A stretch of DNA of 64,000 bases from Octopus vulgaris (taxonomy: Eukaryota): the NCBI GenBank assembly GCA_951406725.2, contig OX597816.1, forward strand, positions 169,570,001 to 169,634,000, in the 5' to 3' direction. Shown piece by piece: positions 1 through 11,875 of this stretch. Under the pieces are notes generated by a model, which ran no database searches, was not told the origin of the DNA, and saw nothing but the letters and a program-made list of their open reading frames with translations. The position numbers and the translations under genes were made by a program. Position 1 is the first letter of the stretch. The number at the start of each line of letters is the position of its first letter.

Positions 1-332
1 TTCACTGCGTATATACTAGCAAAGACGCGTGTGTGCAACAAACATGAAAAAAATTGTCTTACCTCTAGGAAGAACATCTGAAAAATGGAAAACCTAGAAT
101 AGGATAATGCAGGACCGGTTTCAGACTCTTCAAATACGTTTGACAGCGTAGATTTGATTTGTCTTCATCAGCTACATATACCTAGACAATATTTCAAATG
201 TTGCCACATCTATACCAGTACACTCGTCTGAACGCCAAAACGTTAACAGAACGATAACAGTGAAGAAGTTTCAATGTAAATAATAATGGTCAGCAAACTG
301 AGGGTGACCGGTAAATTCCACCGCAGTAAATT

Positions 333-335
<3 letters not shown>

Positions 336-380
<45 letters not shown>

Positions 381-720
381 ATCACTTAGGCATTGTGAGA
401 CTAAATAACCTGGTGTAGAATTCAATATACATATGAATATTGAATACGATTAGCTGATGAACTTTATTAGTTTACAGCTATTTCTGCAATAAGATGCAGT
501 GCACTCATAGTTGAGTACCCGAGTAACACCTTATTGTGTGTGGGTGTGTGACTGTGTGACTTCCGTGCAAAATCTTTTAAAAGCTCTAAAACATTTTCAA
601 GGACTGGTAGGTGAATCGTTACATGGAATTAAATCTTTGCTACATCTAATCCGATTAGCATCCACCAGGATGCGGTATGAAAAGAAAGTGAGCGGTGTAT
701 AACGAAATATGATCGACTGA
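336..720 (-). mobile_element. Probable PLE terminus with decayed HHR, between a 46-bp direct repeat
   Basis: Minus strand ~470-510 reads CT-ATGA gTGCA..TGCA GAAAT AGCT GTA then AATAAA. Direct repeat tcagcaaactgagggtgaccgg(t/g)aaattccaccgcagtaaattcca at 290-335 and 721-766. Confidence 0.4.
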
Positions 721-1473
721 TCAGCAAACTGAGGGTGACCGGGAAATTCCACCGCAGTAAATTCCACCACAGCAAATTCTAAAAACATAAAGTTGCAGAA
801 TTTTAAAGTTACATAATTTTTTACTCAGTCAGAAAACAAGATTTGGAAGCTGTCATTTTGTGCGTGACAGCACGTGTTATCAACTGTAAACAAATGAAAT
901 ATTGGCGGAATTCTGTTTTATGCACGACGGGAAATTTTTTGAATTTTTGAATTTTTTGTGAATTTTTCACTCTACACACGGGAATCCGTTTGATCATGCA
1001 AAAACTAAAACGAAAAAAAAGAAAAATTGATGTGTGTTATAAGGCCCTTTTAGCTGTTATTTTTAGCATATTTCACGGTCAACTCATGTCTCGTGTTTTA
1101 AGCATTTGGTAAGCGAAAAATGATAGCGTAACTTAATAGAACCACAAAGAGAGGTAAACAGCTTGGTAACAGCTTGGCTTGTTACTATGGAGACATGCAA
1201 CTATATGTCTGTGTCTTTCAATTACCTAAAATAACCCAACATTTGCAAACTTTAAAAGCTATTAACTCTTATTTATTGATTTAAGACGAAAATAAATTTC
1301 ATACCAATAATTACCATACAAAACTACACAAAGGACCCAATATGAAATCAATTGGAAGAAAAATTTTAAAAATTGAAAAGTGGCAGCCAAACAAGAAAAG
1401 CTCCACTATCGGGAAAAAAATACACATTACCATGGTGGAGATTCAGGATCTTTTATTTTGGCCTAGCCAGCCT

Positions 1474-1518
1474 CTTGTTACTCCAAGTTTCACTTGCAGG
1501 CACGCAAGATCTTCAGAC
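1474..1518 (-). ncRNA. Type-I hammerhead motif, canonical core, left arm of inverted repeat 1451-1605
   Basis: Minus strand gt-CTGAAGA-tCTTGC gtgcct GCAAGt-GAAAC ttgga GTA-acaag, AATAAA downstream. Decayed mirror copy at ~1534-1585. Confidence 0.7.
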
Positions 1519-1600
1519 TAATCGTGTCCTACAACTTGTCTTTCAGACCTTGTGTGCCTACAAGTGAAAACGCAAAGGAGCAAGAAGATATCTTGACACA

Positions 1601-1671
<71 letters not shown>

Positions 1672-1674
<3 letters not shown>

Positions 1675-1883
1675 CAATGGGTGAATGAATTATTCTATGT
1701 TCACCGTTAACATAGAAAATTCAATGAGCCGTTACCAGGGTAGCAAATTCACGTCAGAAACACGGTTGAAGCGACCTATCCAAAGGTAGAAACTTCGGGT
1801 TAATGTGCAGTAATTTATGTGTTATACATGAATAAATAAATAAATGGAGTTGAACGAAGATGTTAATAAAATTCTTTTACTTT
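1672..1883 (-). mobile_element. PLE-like terminal fragment flanked by (TA)n
   Basis: Homologous to 12721-12915 (gggtagcaaattcacgtcagaaa..cacggtt, atggagt(t/c)gaacgaagat). Confidence 0.55.
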
Positions 1884-2373
1884 ATATATATATATATATA
1901 TATATATTCATACCTTCTTGTATGCGAGAATATAACACTTTGAGTATAATACAACATTTGAACATATATACAAAACATAAGAACCGTTGCGTCGGTGAAA
2001 GGCAACCGCTGGAAGAATGCATGCCTAAACCGGATTTTCCGTTTAGCTCAACTCATTCTGCCAAGGAAAGGCACGAAGCCTATAAATTGTATTTTCTTGT
2101 TTCTTTTAGACAATAATGTTAATCGGATGCTGACGGATATTTCCGATCAATTAATATACTTCATCGCAACACTTCGAGAGATAATATTTTCCCAATGTCT
2201 ACAGAATTTCGATCTTCTGTTTTAACTTTTCACTTTACTTATGTATATAAGGCTTCTAAGAAAAATAAACATAAAAACTACTCTGTCTCATTTTCGCTCG
2301 TATTCTACCTCTGATGTATTCTGTTTATATGAGAATATTGTATTTAAATGGTTTCCAACCAGAATCATATATT

Positions 2374-3517
2374 CATTTCTTTATTGTCCACAGGGAGCTA
2401 AACATAGAGGGGACAAACAAAGTGATTAAATCGATAACATCGACACCAGTGCGTAACTGGTACTTAATTTATCGACCCCGAAAGGATGAAAGGCAAGTTT
2501 GACCTCGGCGGAATTTGAACTCAGAACGTAACAGCAGACGAAATACCTATTTCTTTACTACCCACAAGGGGCTAAACACAGAGGGGACAAACAAGGACAG
2601 ACAAACGGATTAAGTCGATTACATCGACCCCAGTGCGTAACTGGTACTTATTTAATCGACCCCCGAAAGGATGAAAGGCAAGTTTGACCTCGGCGGAATT
2701 TGAACTCAGAACGTAACAGCAGACGAAATACCTATTTCTTTACTACCCACAAGGGGCTAAACACAGAGGGGACAAACAAGGACAGACAAACGGATTAAGT
2801 CGATTACATCGACCCCAGTGCGTAACTGGTACTTATTTAATCGACCCCCGAAAGGATGAAAGGCAAAGTCGACCTCGGCGGAATTTGAACTCAGAACGTA
2901 ACAGCAGACGAAATACCTATTTCTTTACTACCCTCAAGGGGCTACACACAGAGAGGACAAACAAGGACAGACAAACGGATTAAGTCGATTATATCGACCC
3001 CAGTTCGTAACTGGTACTTATTTAATCGACCTCGAAATGGTGAAAGGCGAAGTCGACCTCGGAGGAATTTGAACTCAGAACGTAACAGCAGACGAAATAC
3101 CTATTTCTTTACTACCCACAAGGGGTTAAACACAGAGAGGACAAACAAGGACAGACAAACGGATTATGACGATTATATCTACCCCAGTGCGTAACTGGTA
3201 CTTAATTTATCGACCCTGAAAGAATGAAAGGCAAGGTTGACCTCGGCGGAATTTGAACTCAGAACGTAGCGGCAGACGAAATACCTATTTCTTTACTACT
3301 CACAAGGGGCTAAACACAGTGGGGACCAACAAGGACAGACAAACGGATTAAGTCGATTACATCGACCCCAGTGCGTAACTGGTACTTATTTAATCGACCC
3401 CCAAAAGGATGAAAGGCAAAGTCGACCTCGGCGGAATATGAACTCAGAACGTAACGGCAGACGTAATACTGCTAAGCACTTCGCCCGGCGTGCTAACGAT
3501 TCTGCCAGTTCGCCGCC
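2374..3517 (-). repeat. Tandem hexamer of tRNA-derived SINE family A (units 184-185 bp, first shorter)
   Basis: Units start near 2374, 2546, 2731, 2916, 3100, 3284; only the last carries the full tRNA-like head. Direct repeat gaatcatatatt at 2362-2373 and 3523-3534. Confidence 0.92.
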
Positions 3518-4563
3518 CTCCCGAATCATATATTTGTTTCTTTGATCACTATTTTCCCTTCATTATCGTTTTACTAATTCTTTTTAAAAAACGAAGGCTT
3601 GAAACGAAATGTAGAAAAAAAAAAAAGAGAAAGAAAGAAAAATAAGAAAAGAAATGTAACCTTCATCCCACTAAGAAGTGACAGGACTAGAATATTCGAA
3701 CTAATCCACTTAATACACTATGTTATTTTGTGTTTCGCTTGTCTGATTAGTGAGTTGAAGAAGTAAATGTTATATTATTTATTCAATTAGTCAAATAAGT
3801 TTTTTTCTTTATAAATAAAGCAGTGTAAAGAAACGGTCATTAAGCCGCGTAAAGAAACGGTCATTCATTGATTAGGAGAAAGGTCAGCTGTATTGTAAAT
3901 AAATAGCCACTATATACGAAAGCAAAAGACAAAAGGTGAAGGAAAGAAAATAGCTGACGTACACAAACAGTTGTTTAAAGTCCCAGAAAGCTGAAACCTT
4001 TTAAACGAACTAATGTCGTTTCTTATGCAGAAAATAATTTAGAATGTTTATTCGTATTTGAGTGAAGCAACGAATGACTGAATTTTTATTTTCATAAATG
4101 AAGGAAAGGTTGTGGTGTGTCAAAAGTATTCGAAATCCACTCTACAAGCCTCCCATTATTTAGTTTTATCTCTATATTCTGAGTTCAAATCCTACTAAAA
4201 GAATCTTAAACTTTTTTTTTATTCGGTATAAATAAAAAGAGTGCTGCACCTGACTTGATTCAATTGACTATAGGTTTCATTTCGAAATATATTTACTTTT
4301 GGCATTGGTATTTAAGAGCATCGGTTGTTTTAATCCTTAGACAGCTGCGATCTTGCCGATTCATGATCAAATGTGTTCCAGCCACAACTATCCTGCCATT
4401 TTCTGGCATATAAAACTACATTATACTATATAATCCATTTTGACAAATGATTTTGAACAGGCAAGTTCGAGGTAAGCTACATCTGAGATGAAGTATTAAC
4501 ATCTTATTTTCTATTTCTATCTTTATCCTCTCTCAGTTACATCTAAATAATATATCTAAAACG

Positions 4564-4627
<64 letters not shown>

Positions 4628-4667
4628 ACAGACACAAACACACACACACACACACACACAATAAGAT

Positions 4668-5190
4668 TTAAGGTGAAAAAGCACAGAAATCTTGTTCGTG
4701 TAGATAAAGATTATTTAATCCGTTACAATATATACAGAACTTGCTCGATGGACGTAGGCGAGCTTGATGGACACTGGTCAAGGAGTCACATTGTGGTCTC
4801 CTTTCTGTTTCGGAAGAACGGCACAGGGAGTGATTTTGGGGGTGTTTGCTTGGGCTGACTCCTAGCAACTTCATTATCCCGGAAACTGAATATTTTCGGT
4901 TTCCAGTCTTTTTCTTTGCTTGCTTTATTTTTTTCAGGTGCCTGGTCATACATTTGAATTCGTTCGGATACTTTCACACCCTTTCGGCTTTTTTCTTTAC
5001 TTTCTGAATTGTCTTGCGTTGTCTCAGTCTCAGGTTCGTTATCAGTTGGTCCTTTGGTTTTGGATGTCGTTGCTTTAGTTGATGGCCCATCCTGTTGTTT
5101 TGTGTCTTCTTCAGCTGGTCATCGGGCTACAGGTCGACGGATGATTGGTGCTGCGTGATCAACAGTTGTGGACTTTATTATTCGGCACTC
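4668..5190 (-). mobile_element. Decayed LINE ORF1-like fragment, inverted relative to the adjacent LINE
   Basis: Lys-rich linker then Cys/His spacing across frames (PFFRNRK..QCP, KFCIYCNG..YLH); abuts inverted repeat 5193-5256. Confidence 0.35.
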
Positions 5191-5237
5191 ATGCACTGGT
5201 CTCAACTATAGCGATCAAGTATAGTTTTTTAACAGCA

Positions 5238-7220
5238 CTATAGTTGAGACCAGTGCTTCACAAACAATACAGTACTCATCCATAATGTTAAGGTGACACC
5301 GATGATTTTCTCGGACCACAACTTAATAGAACTAACAATGTATGGTCCATAGAAGACTACAGATATGCAGGCTACTAGAAGCATCCAACTACTCTCAATT
5401 CGTCTAAATGGGTCACTAAAGGATAACAAAGGGCCCTTCCTTAGACGAAGGTTGCTCGAGATCGAAAATGAACTCAAACACTCTAATGAAAATGAGAGGG
5501 CAGAAAAATATTAAGACAAACCCTAAAGCCTTCTATAGATATGCTAAAAAATCTGCTTTAGTACGGTAAAAATAGGGCCACTATTTGAAAAGGGCTCACC
5601 GGCTGCAGACCTACAGAAGATCAGCAAGATACTGAATATGCAATAGAAGTGTTCTTTCACCACTCCACTGGGGCACTTGCAAGTAGTTCTGATGAGTTCT
5701 TTGGCTCCACAGATCGACACAACAAAATGGCAATCATTGATATCATCAACATAGAGGAATCCTCCTAAAGAAATGTAAAGGGGTTCTAGTTAGACCACTT
5801 CAGATTCTTTTCCAAAGATTCCTTATAACAGAGAGACTTCCCAAAAAGTTAAAGGAAAGCATAATATGCCTATCAAAAAGGGAGGCAGCAGAGCAGATGC
5901 TAAGAATTATAGGCCTGTGTCGCTAACTTCCCATATCAGCCAAGTCATGTAGGACATCGTCAGGAATAAATTAATTGCGTTTCTGACACGCAGCATGGCT
6001 TTCGCTCAGGAAGAAGCTGCCTTACACAACTTTTGCAGCACTATGACTGGGTGTTGAAACAATTAATGAATCGCTCAAACGTGGATGTGATATATCTCGA
6101 CTTTGCAAAATCCATTGATAAGGTTTATCATGGGATGATATGTCACAAACTACGGAGACTCGGCATAACTGAGAAAATCGGAGAGTGATTGTATGACTTC
6201 TTAAAAGACAGAAGCCAGGCTGTATCAGCCAACAGAGCCCGCTCCACGGAGACACTAATAGAAAGTGGGGTGTCTCAGGGAACTATATTGGGAACGCTGC
6301 AGTTCATACATGCCATAGACTGTCGCAGTTATTAGCTATGCTTGTGACACGAAAATAGTACAAGCAGTCAAGGAACCTTCTGATGCTAATCTTCTACAGA
6401 AAGACCTAAATGGGTTGAGGACAACAACATGCAATTTAATGCAGGCAAGTTCCAAGCATTCTGCTACCAGCTAATTGATGCTCAGAAGTTACTACAATAC
6501 TTTGGACCAAAAAGAGCAGCAATCCTAGAATCAAATATGGTGCGTGGTCTTGGGATTGATATGAGTAACGATGCCTCGTCTCACATGCATGTCACCAAGA
6601 TGGTAGCAGATGGAGGACATGTCTCACATGCATGTCACCAAGATGGTCTTATGGAGGACATTTGTCCTCAGCCGTCTGAACTACTGCTCTCAACAGAACT
6701 TTAGGCTTTTCAACGATAGTACACAAGGAAGATATCGTCTATGAAACAGCTAAAATACTGGGAGAAACTAAAAGAACTACAGCTGTACTCCCTGGAGCGA
6801 AAAGGGGACAGGTATGCAGTGATATATGTGTGGAAGATACTGAAGGGGCTGACACCAAACTTTGGAATTGAGAGTTATACCAGTCATCGAATTGGACGTC
6901 ACTGTACTGTTCCAGAAGTCCCAGCTGTTTCATCTAAGGTGAATACCATGTACAGCAATAGCTTGGGATTCAAAGGTCCACAGCTATTTAAGTCCTTGCC
7001 AAAATATCTGAGGGATATCCATGGAGTGGAGGTAGAGGTTTTCAAGAAACAACTTATTGCTATACAAGATCCCAGATGAACCAATATCAAGGCAGGAACC
7101 CCAAAGAGGCCAGCAGTATCTAACTCCCTCCTGCACCAACAGCCAATCCTATAGAATTGAGTAACCTGGCGGTGCCCCAGCTTGGCCAGAACCTTAGAAC
7201 TGAAACATAATAAAAGAATA
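5238..7220 (+). mobile_element. Degenerate CR1-group LINE ORF2 (endonuclease end, RT, C-terminus, 3' tail)
   Basis: CFTNN..SDHNLIEL, KTNPKAFYRY, NYRPVSLTS, DVIYLDFAK, SGVSQG, LKELQLYSLER..IYVWKIL; many stops and frameshifts; 3' tail at 7168-7220. Confidence 0.9.
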
Positions 7221-7399
7221 CTTTCTCTCACCCTTTTTTTCTGTTTCTGTTGTACCTGTATTTGAAAGGGCCAGCCCGAGAACTACATGAAAGGTAAACG
7301 TGTCTGTGGAGTGCTCAGCCAATTGCACGTTAATTTCACGAGCAGGCCGTTCCGTTGATCGGATCAACTACAGCCCTCATCGTCGAAACCGACGGAGTA
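7221..7399 (+). mobile_element. 3' half of the SINE family seen at 15978-16365
   Basis: Shares gtgtctgtggagtgctcagcc..ttaatttcacgagcagg..ccgacggagt. Confidence 0.8.
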
Positions 7400-7401
7400 T
7401 G

Positions 7402-7435
<34 letters not shown>

Positions 7436-7737
7436 GTATGTATATATATTATATATATTATATATGTATATTATATATATTATATAAATACATATATATA
7501 TATATCATATATATATATTATATATTATATTTATATTATATGTATATATTATATATTTATATTATATTTATATATTATATATATCATATATACATTATAT
7601 ATATATAAGTATTATATATATATATTACATATATATTATATATATTATATGATAATATATATATATATATTGTATGAATATATTATATATATAATATATA
7701 TATTATATATAAATAATATATATATTATATAAATATA

Positions 7738-7790
<53 letters not shown>

Positions 7791-8080
7791 TTATATTGTT
7801 TTTTTCGTTCTTGTTTTCGTATACATTCACCGCTTTCTTCCAAGGAATTTAGTGCTCTTAGCTTAGTTTTTCCTTGGGTCTGGCCAGATTGGAGCAATCT
7901 CGAGTATAACCAGCCGAAACTGCAAAAATAATCTGGAGCTCGACTAAGGACAGAAAACTCCGAATGACACATCCTTGTTTTTTCTTGTCTCTTTTTTGTA
8001 TCATCTAACTGTCTGCATGTTTTGCATTCTTGTCCCATTTTTGTATTCCTTCTTATATATAATTATATATATGTATATAC

Positions 8081-8135
<55 letters not shown>

Positions 8136-8212
8136 GTATATATAATATATATATATATATATAATATGTTATGTATATATATATATATAATATATATATG
8201 TATTTTATATAT

Positions 8213-8265
<53 letters not shown>

Positions 8266-8270
8266 ATATA
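7400..8270. repeat. Degenerate (TA)n low-complexity tracts around a short non-microsatellite insert (~7800-8050)
   Basis: Visible simple repeats; source of Y/I-rich spurious ORFs. Confidence 0.9.
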
Positions 8271-8495
8271 ATATTAGGGAGTGTGACTACAAACTTACAG
8301 GGAAAAAGTCAATTTAGCATTAAATCAAATTTCACAATATAAATATATAATATATAAATTAGAGAAAAACCATTATTATGCAATTCAAACAATGATAGAC
8401 ATAAACCACACCATAAATAAAAAATAAAATATATTTTAAAACATATACGTAGATCACAAAAAGTAAAAAAATAAACAAACAATATATAAGTAAAA

Positions 8496-8594
8496 AACTA
8501 CGTATGTTTCATGGCTATAATTTAAATTCGAATTACAAATTTTAAATTTATTCGAAAACCGATTCAATTTAAAATTATAGTCACTCGTCAGGTT
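8496..8594 (-). ncRNA. Type-I hammerhead motif, canonical core, long AT-rich stem II
   Basis: Minus strand aac-CTGACGA-gtgactataattt..aaattatagccat-GAAAC atac GTA-gtt. Confidence 0.75.
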
Positions 8595-8927
8595 AACAAT
8601 AACAATAACAGTTAAATAAATAAGCAAATAGAATTAAACAATATTTTTTAAAGAAATAAAATCATGAATTTTCTTATAGAAGAAACTCCATTAACTAAAT
8701 TTGAAGCTTAATACATTAGGACCAGTTGCCTACAATACATTTATTATGTTAAATATTTAAGGTAAAAAAAATAGAGTAAATAGATAGAAAAATGTATTTA
8801 TCTGTGCAAATATAATTTAGCTTTAATAAAAAACATTAATAAATTATAGAATATCTTTAACCTAGCTATACTGTAATAGTTTATTACCTAACTATTTTAC
8901 AAAGTAATCACTCTTAATATTTTTAGA

Positions 8928-8928
<1 letters not shown>

Positions 8929-8991
<63 letters not shown>

Positions 8992-9019
8992 ATTATTATC
9001 ATCATCATCATCATCATCA

Positions 9020-9061
<42 letters not shown>
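8929..9061. repeat. (ATT)n/(ATC)n compound microsatellite
   Basis: Visible. Confidence 0.95.
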
Positions 9062-9062
<1 letters not shown>

Positions 9063-9332
9063 ATTTAATAGTACTAGAGATATAATAAGAACCTATAGTT
9101 ATACTAAAACATTTTTACAATCTAAATCACAAAGTGAAGTGACAAACTGATATTTTACAATTTACGTTCATATATAATAATTATAAAATAATAATAATTA
9201 AATAAATGTACGTATCTAAATTAGCATTAACAAATATAAAATTAGAAATTCATAGTTAACAATCAATACTTATATAGAGTACATTATTATTTCTTAAATA
9301 AAAATGAATACTTATCTCTCAAAAAGGTGTAT

Positions 9333-9364
<32 letters not shown>

Positions 9365-9526
9365 TACATATACATCTCTCTCTCTCTGTATATATATATA
9401 TATAAGTTAATGTACAAGTAAGGATATATAAACATCAGAGGAATAAAAGTATCTCAAATTAGACTCGTTGAAGACGTAATAATATAAGTATACATATACA
9501 TCATTATCATTTTAAAAACCAAAAGA

Positions 9527-9631
9527 CCTACAATTGTTTCAAAGCATCGCTTATAGTATAAAATTAATCAAATTTAATTTAATTTAATTTAGTCAATTTG
9601 GTTAATTATTACAAGACAGAATATCATCAGG
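9527..9631 (-). ncRNA. Hammerhead motif with intact core but eroded stems
   Basis: Minus strand c-CTGATGA..aattaaccaaatt/aatttgattaatt..GAAAC aatt GTA-g; palindromic ACAATTGT stem III. Confidence 0.55.
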
Positions 9632-10002
9632 CAAGAACGTAGAAAGGAATTTATATATACCATATATATTTAAAACATAATGAAAACATTAAATATGTAT
9701 TGATTTTAACGATAAACTGTATTTTTCCTGTTTGATCATTTAATGTTTTATAATCAATCGCTTGTTATAATTATGTTTATAATTATTATATAAAATTTGT
9801 AAAATTTACCTATAAAGTTTTTACTTTCGCACTGGCCTCCAGATAAAATCATTAATGATTTCATCTTTATTATACAATTAATATAGAAAACATTTTCCCT
9901 CCTGATCAAAGTTGCATTCACTGCAACATTATTTTGATATGTAACACGCGGTTGAAAAGAAAGATGGAGATTTTACTTTACTGTATATTTTTGCAAGAGT
10001 CC

Positions 10003-10556
10003 CTATACATACACACGTCCAGACCCCGCATACGCACTTATACTCTCTCACACACACACCTATACATACTAATACGTACTAATACATACTAATACATACT
10101 AATACATACACCAACCCCATACATACGCACGTCCAGACCAATCCTATGCACTAATACTCTCTCATACACACACACACACACATCCTTATACATACTAATA
10201 CATACACCAACCCTATACATACACACATCCAGACCCCTCCCACGCACTTTTAGCTGGTCCCTCAACCCTTTTATCAACCCTATTATCTCCCCTTATTTCG
10301 CTCTCGCGTCTCATGTTTGATCTTTGACCTCTGGCCGAAATCAGATCGCCATGTTGATTCGTTAGCTACTGCACGCATTTTTTTCCTCTCCTCTTTCTGT
10401 GTTTTTCTCTCTCTGTGTATCTTTCTGTTGAAGAGCGTAGGCTCGAAACGTTAAAGACTTGTTTTATTTATATTTCCTGAGCGCCATACTAATACAATTG
10501 TTCGTTTGTTTTCCACCTGCCTTCGTCTTTTGTTTATTTTCATAAAGCTTCCCGTT
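10003..10556 (+). mobile_element. PLE (Neptune-like) 3' terminus, family H copy 1; HHR at 10421-10456
   Basis: CA-rich subrepeats then cttt-CTGTTGA-aGAGC gtag GCTC-GAAACGTT-aaag and shared tail ending at (TA)n. Confidence 0.75.
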
Positions 10557-10833
10557 ATATATACATATTGTTGTACGAAGTTGTTGCTCATACACATATG
10601 TGTAAATATTTGTAAATTTATGCTACGGAATAATGGTGCTGAAGAAAGCAGTAGATATAATTTTTTACTTTAAGCTTGAAACGAGATCTTGTACAAAAAG
10701 CTTAATTCATTATCTTTCTTTTGCTCGACTACAGCTTGTGTTTTGTGGAGATTTTTAAGGTAGTGATTTCGTCATTTGACGTCTATGTTCAGCGCATGGA
10801 GAGGCATAATGCGAAACCCTTGTTATAATTATG

Positions 10834-10837
<4 letters not shown>

Positions 10838-10879
<42 letters not shown>

Positions 10880-10895
10880 TAACAACAACAACAAC

Positions 10896-10936
<41 letters not shown>

Positions 10937-10988
10937 TAATAATAACAACAATAATAATAATAACAATAATAATAATATTAATAATAAT
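10838..10988. repeat. (AAT)n/(AAC)n microsatellite
   Basis: Visible; gives poly-N and poly-I ORFs. Confidence 0.95.
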
Positions 10989-11057
10989 TACATGTACTAT
11001 ATATATATTATATATATGTGTATGTGCGTGTATGTGCGTGTGCGTGTGTGTGTAATA

Positions 11058-11875
11058 TGTGTCTGTATTCGGATTGTCTTTGCACAGGAGCCATCCTGAC
11101 ATCCGTCTTCGCTTTAAACTTCCCTCTTTGCTCCTTTGCGCCACATCGATTCAATTCCCCTACTCTCTTCATTGATACTCCCTCCACCTCTACCTTCACC
11201 CCACTCCCACCCCCCACTCCCACCCCCAACTCCCACCCCCACCCCCACTCCCACACACCCCACTCCCACACACCCACCCTACCATCACGCGTCCACCCCC
11301 TCCCCACCCCTCCCCACCCCCTCCCCATCCCACACTCCATCCCACACCCAACACTCCCACTCTACACACCACCACACCACATCACACCTTCCCACACCCC
11401 TCCACACACACTAGCACTGAACACTTCCCAGCTCCCCCCTCATCTTCACACTAACACCCCATCATCCACATACCCACACTCTATCATTCATACACTCACA
11501 CATTACAGACGCACACACTTACACACGCATACATCCACACACGTCAAAGTCTTTAGCCCATATGCGCACCCACACACATCCTCACATATACACACAAACA
11601 CGTGCCCCTTCGTTTTAGGATCACCAATACTTTATCATCTCCCCTTCGTTCTACCTCTCCCGCCAAATCTTTTTTTCCAACTATTTGCCATGCTCGACTG
11701 CTACATTCACGAGATTTTTTATTTTTTCTGTTCATTTTCTCTTATTCCTTTCTGTTGAAAAGCGTAGGCTCGAAACGTAAAAGACTTTCTCACTTTGCCG
11801 AGCGTCAAACTAATACACCTGCTTGTTGTTTATACACCTGTCTTTGACTTTTGGTTTTCTGTACATTTCAACTAT
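11058..11875 (+). mobile_element. PLE 3' fragment, family H copy 2: GIY-YIG ORF tail, C/A-rich spacer, HHR at 11748-11783
   Basis: VFGLSLHRSHPDIRLR / FPLCSFAPHRFNSP resembles the PLE C-terminal L-x-x-x-x-P-x-G-L-N motif; same HHR and tail as copy 1. Confidence 0.7.

Noticed and set aside
113-133. HHR-like TTGAAGA-gtct-GAAACCGGTC on the minus strand
   Set aside because: No stem II and no stem I pairing; at most a deleted remnant, not counted.
2374-3517. CRISPR-like regular array
   Set aside because: Whole units repeat with no unique spacers, they match dispersed SINE monomers, and there are no cas genes in this eukaryotic context.
7300-8342. Y/I-, V/C/M-, H/T- and poly-N-rich ORFs here and throughout the track
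   Set aside because: They are translations of (TA)n, (TG)n, (CATA)n, (ATCT)n and (AAT)n microsatellites.
11018-11758. 246-aa His/Pro/Thr-rich ORF
   Set aside because: Stop-poor C/A-rich spacer of a PLE fragment; the related copy at 41.6-42.2 kb does not keep the same peptide.
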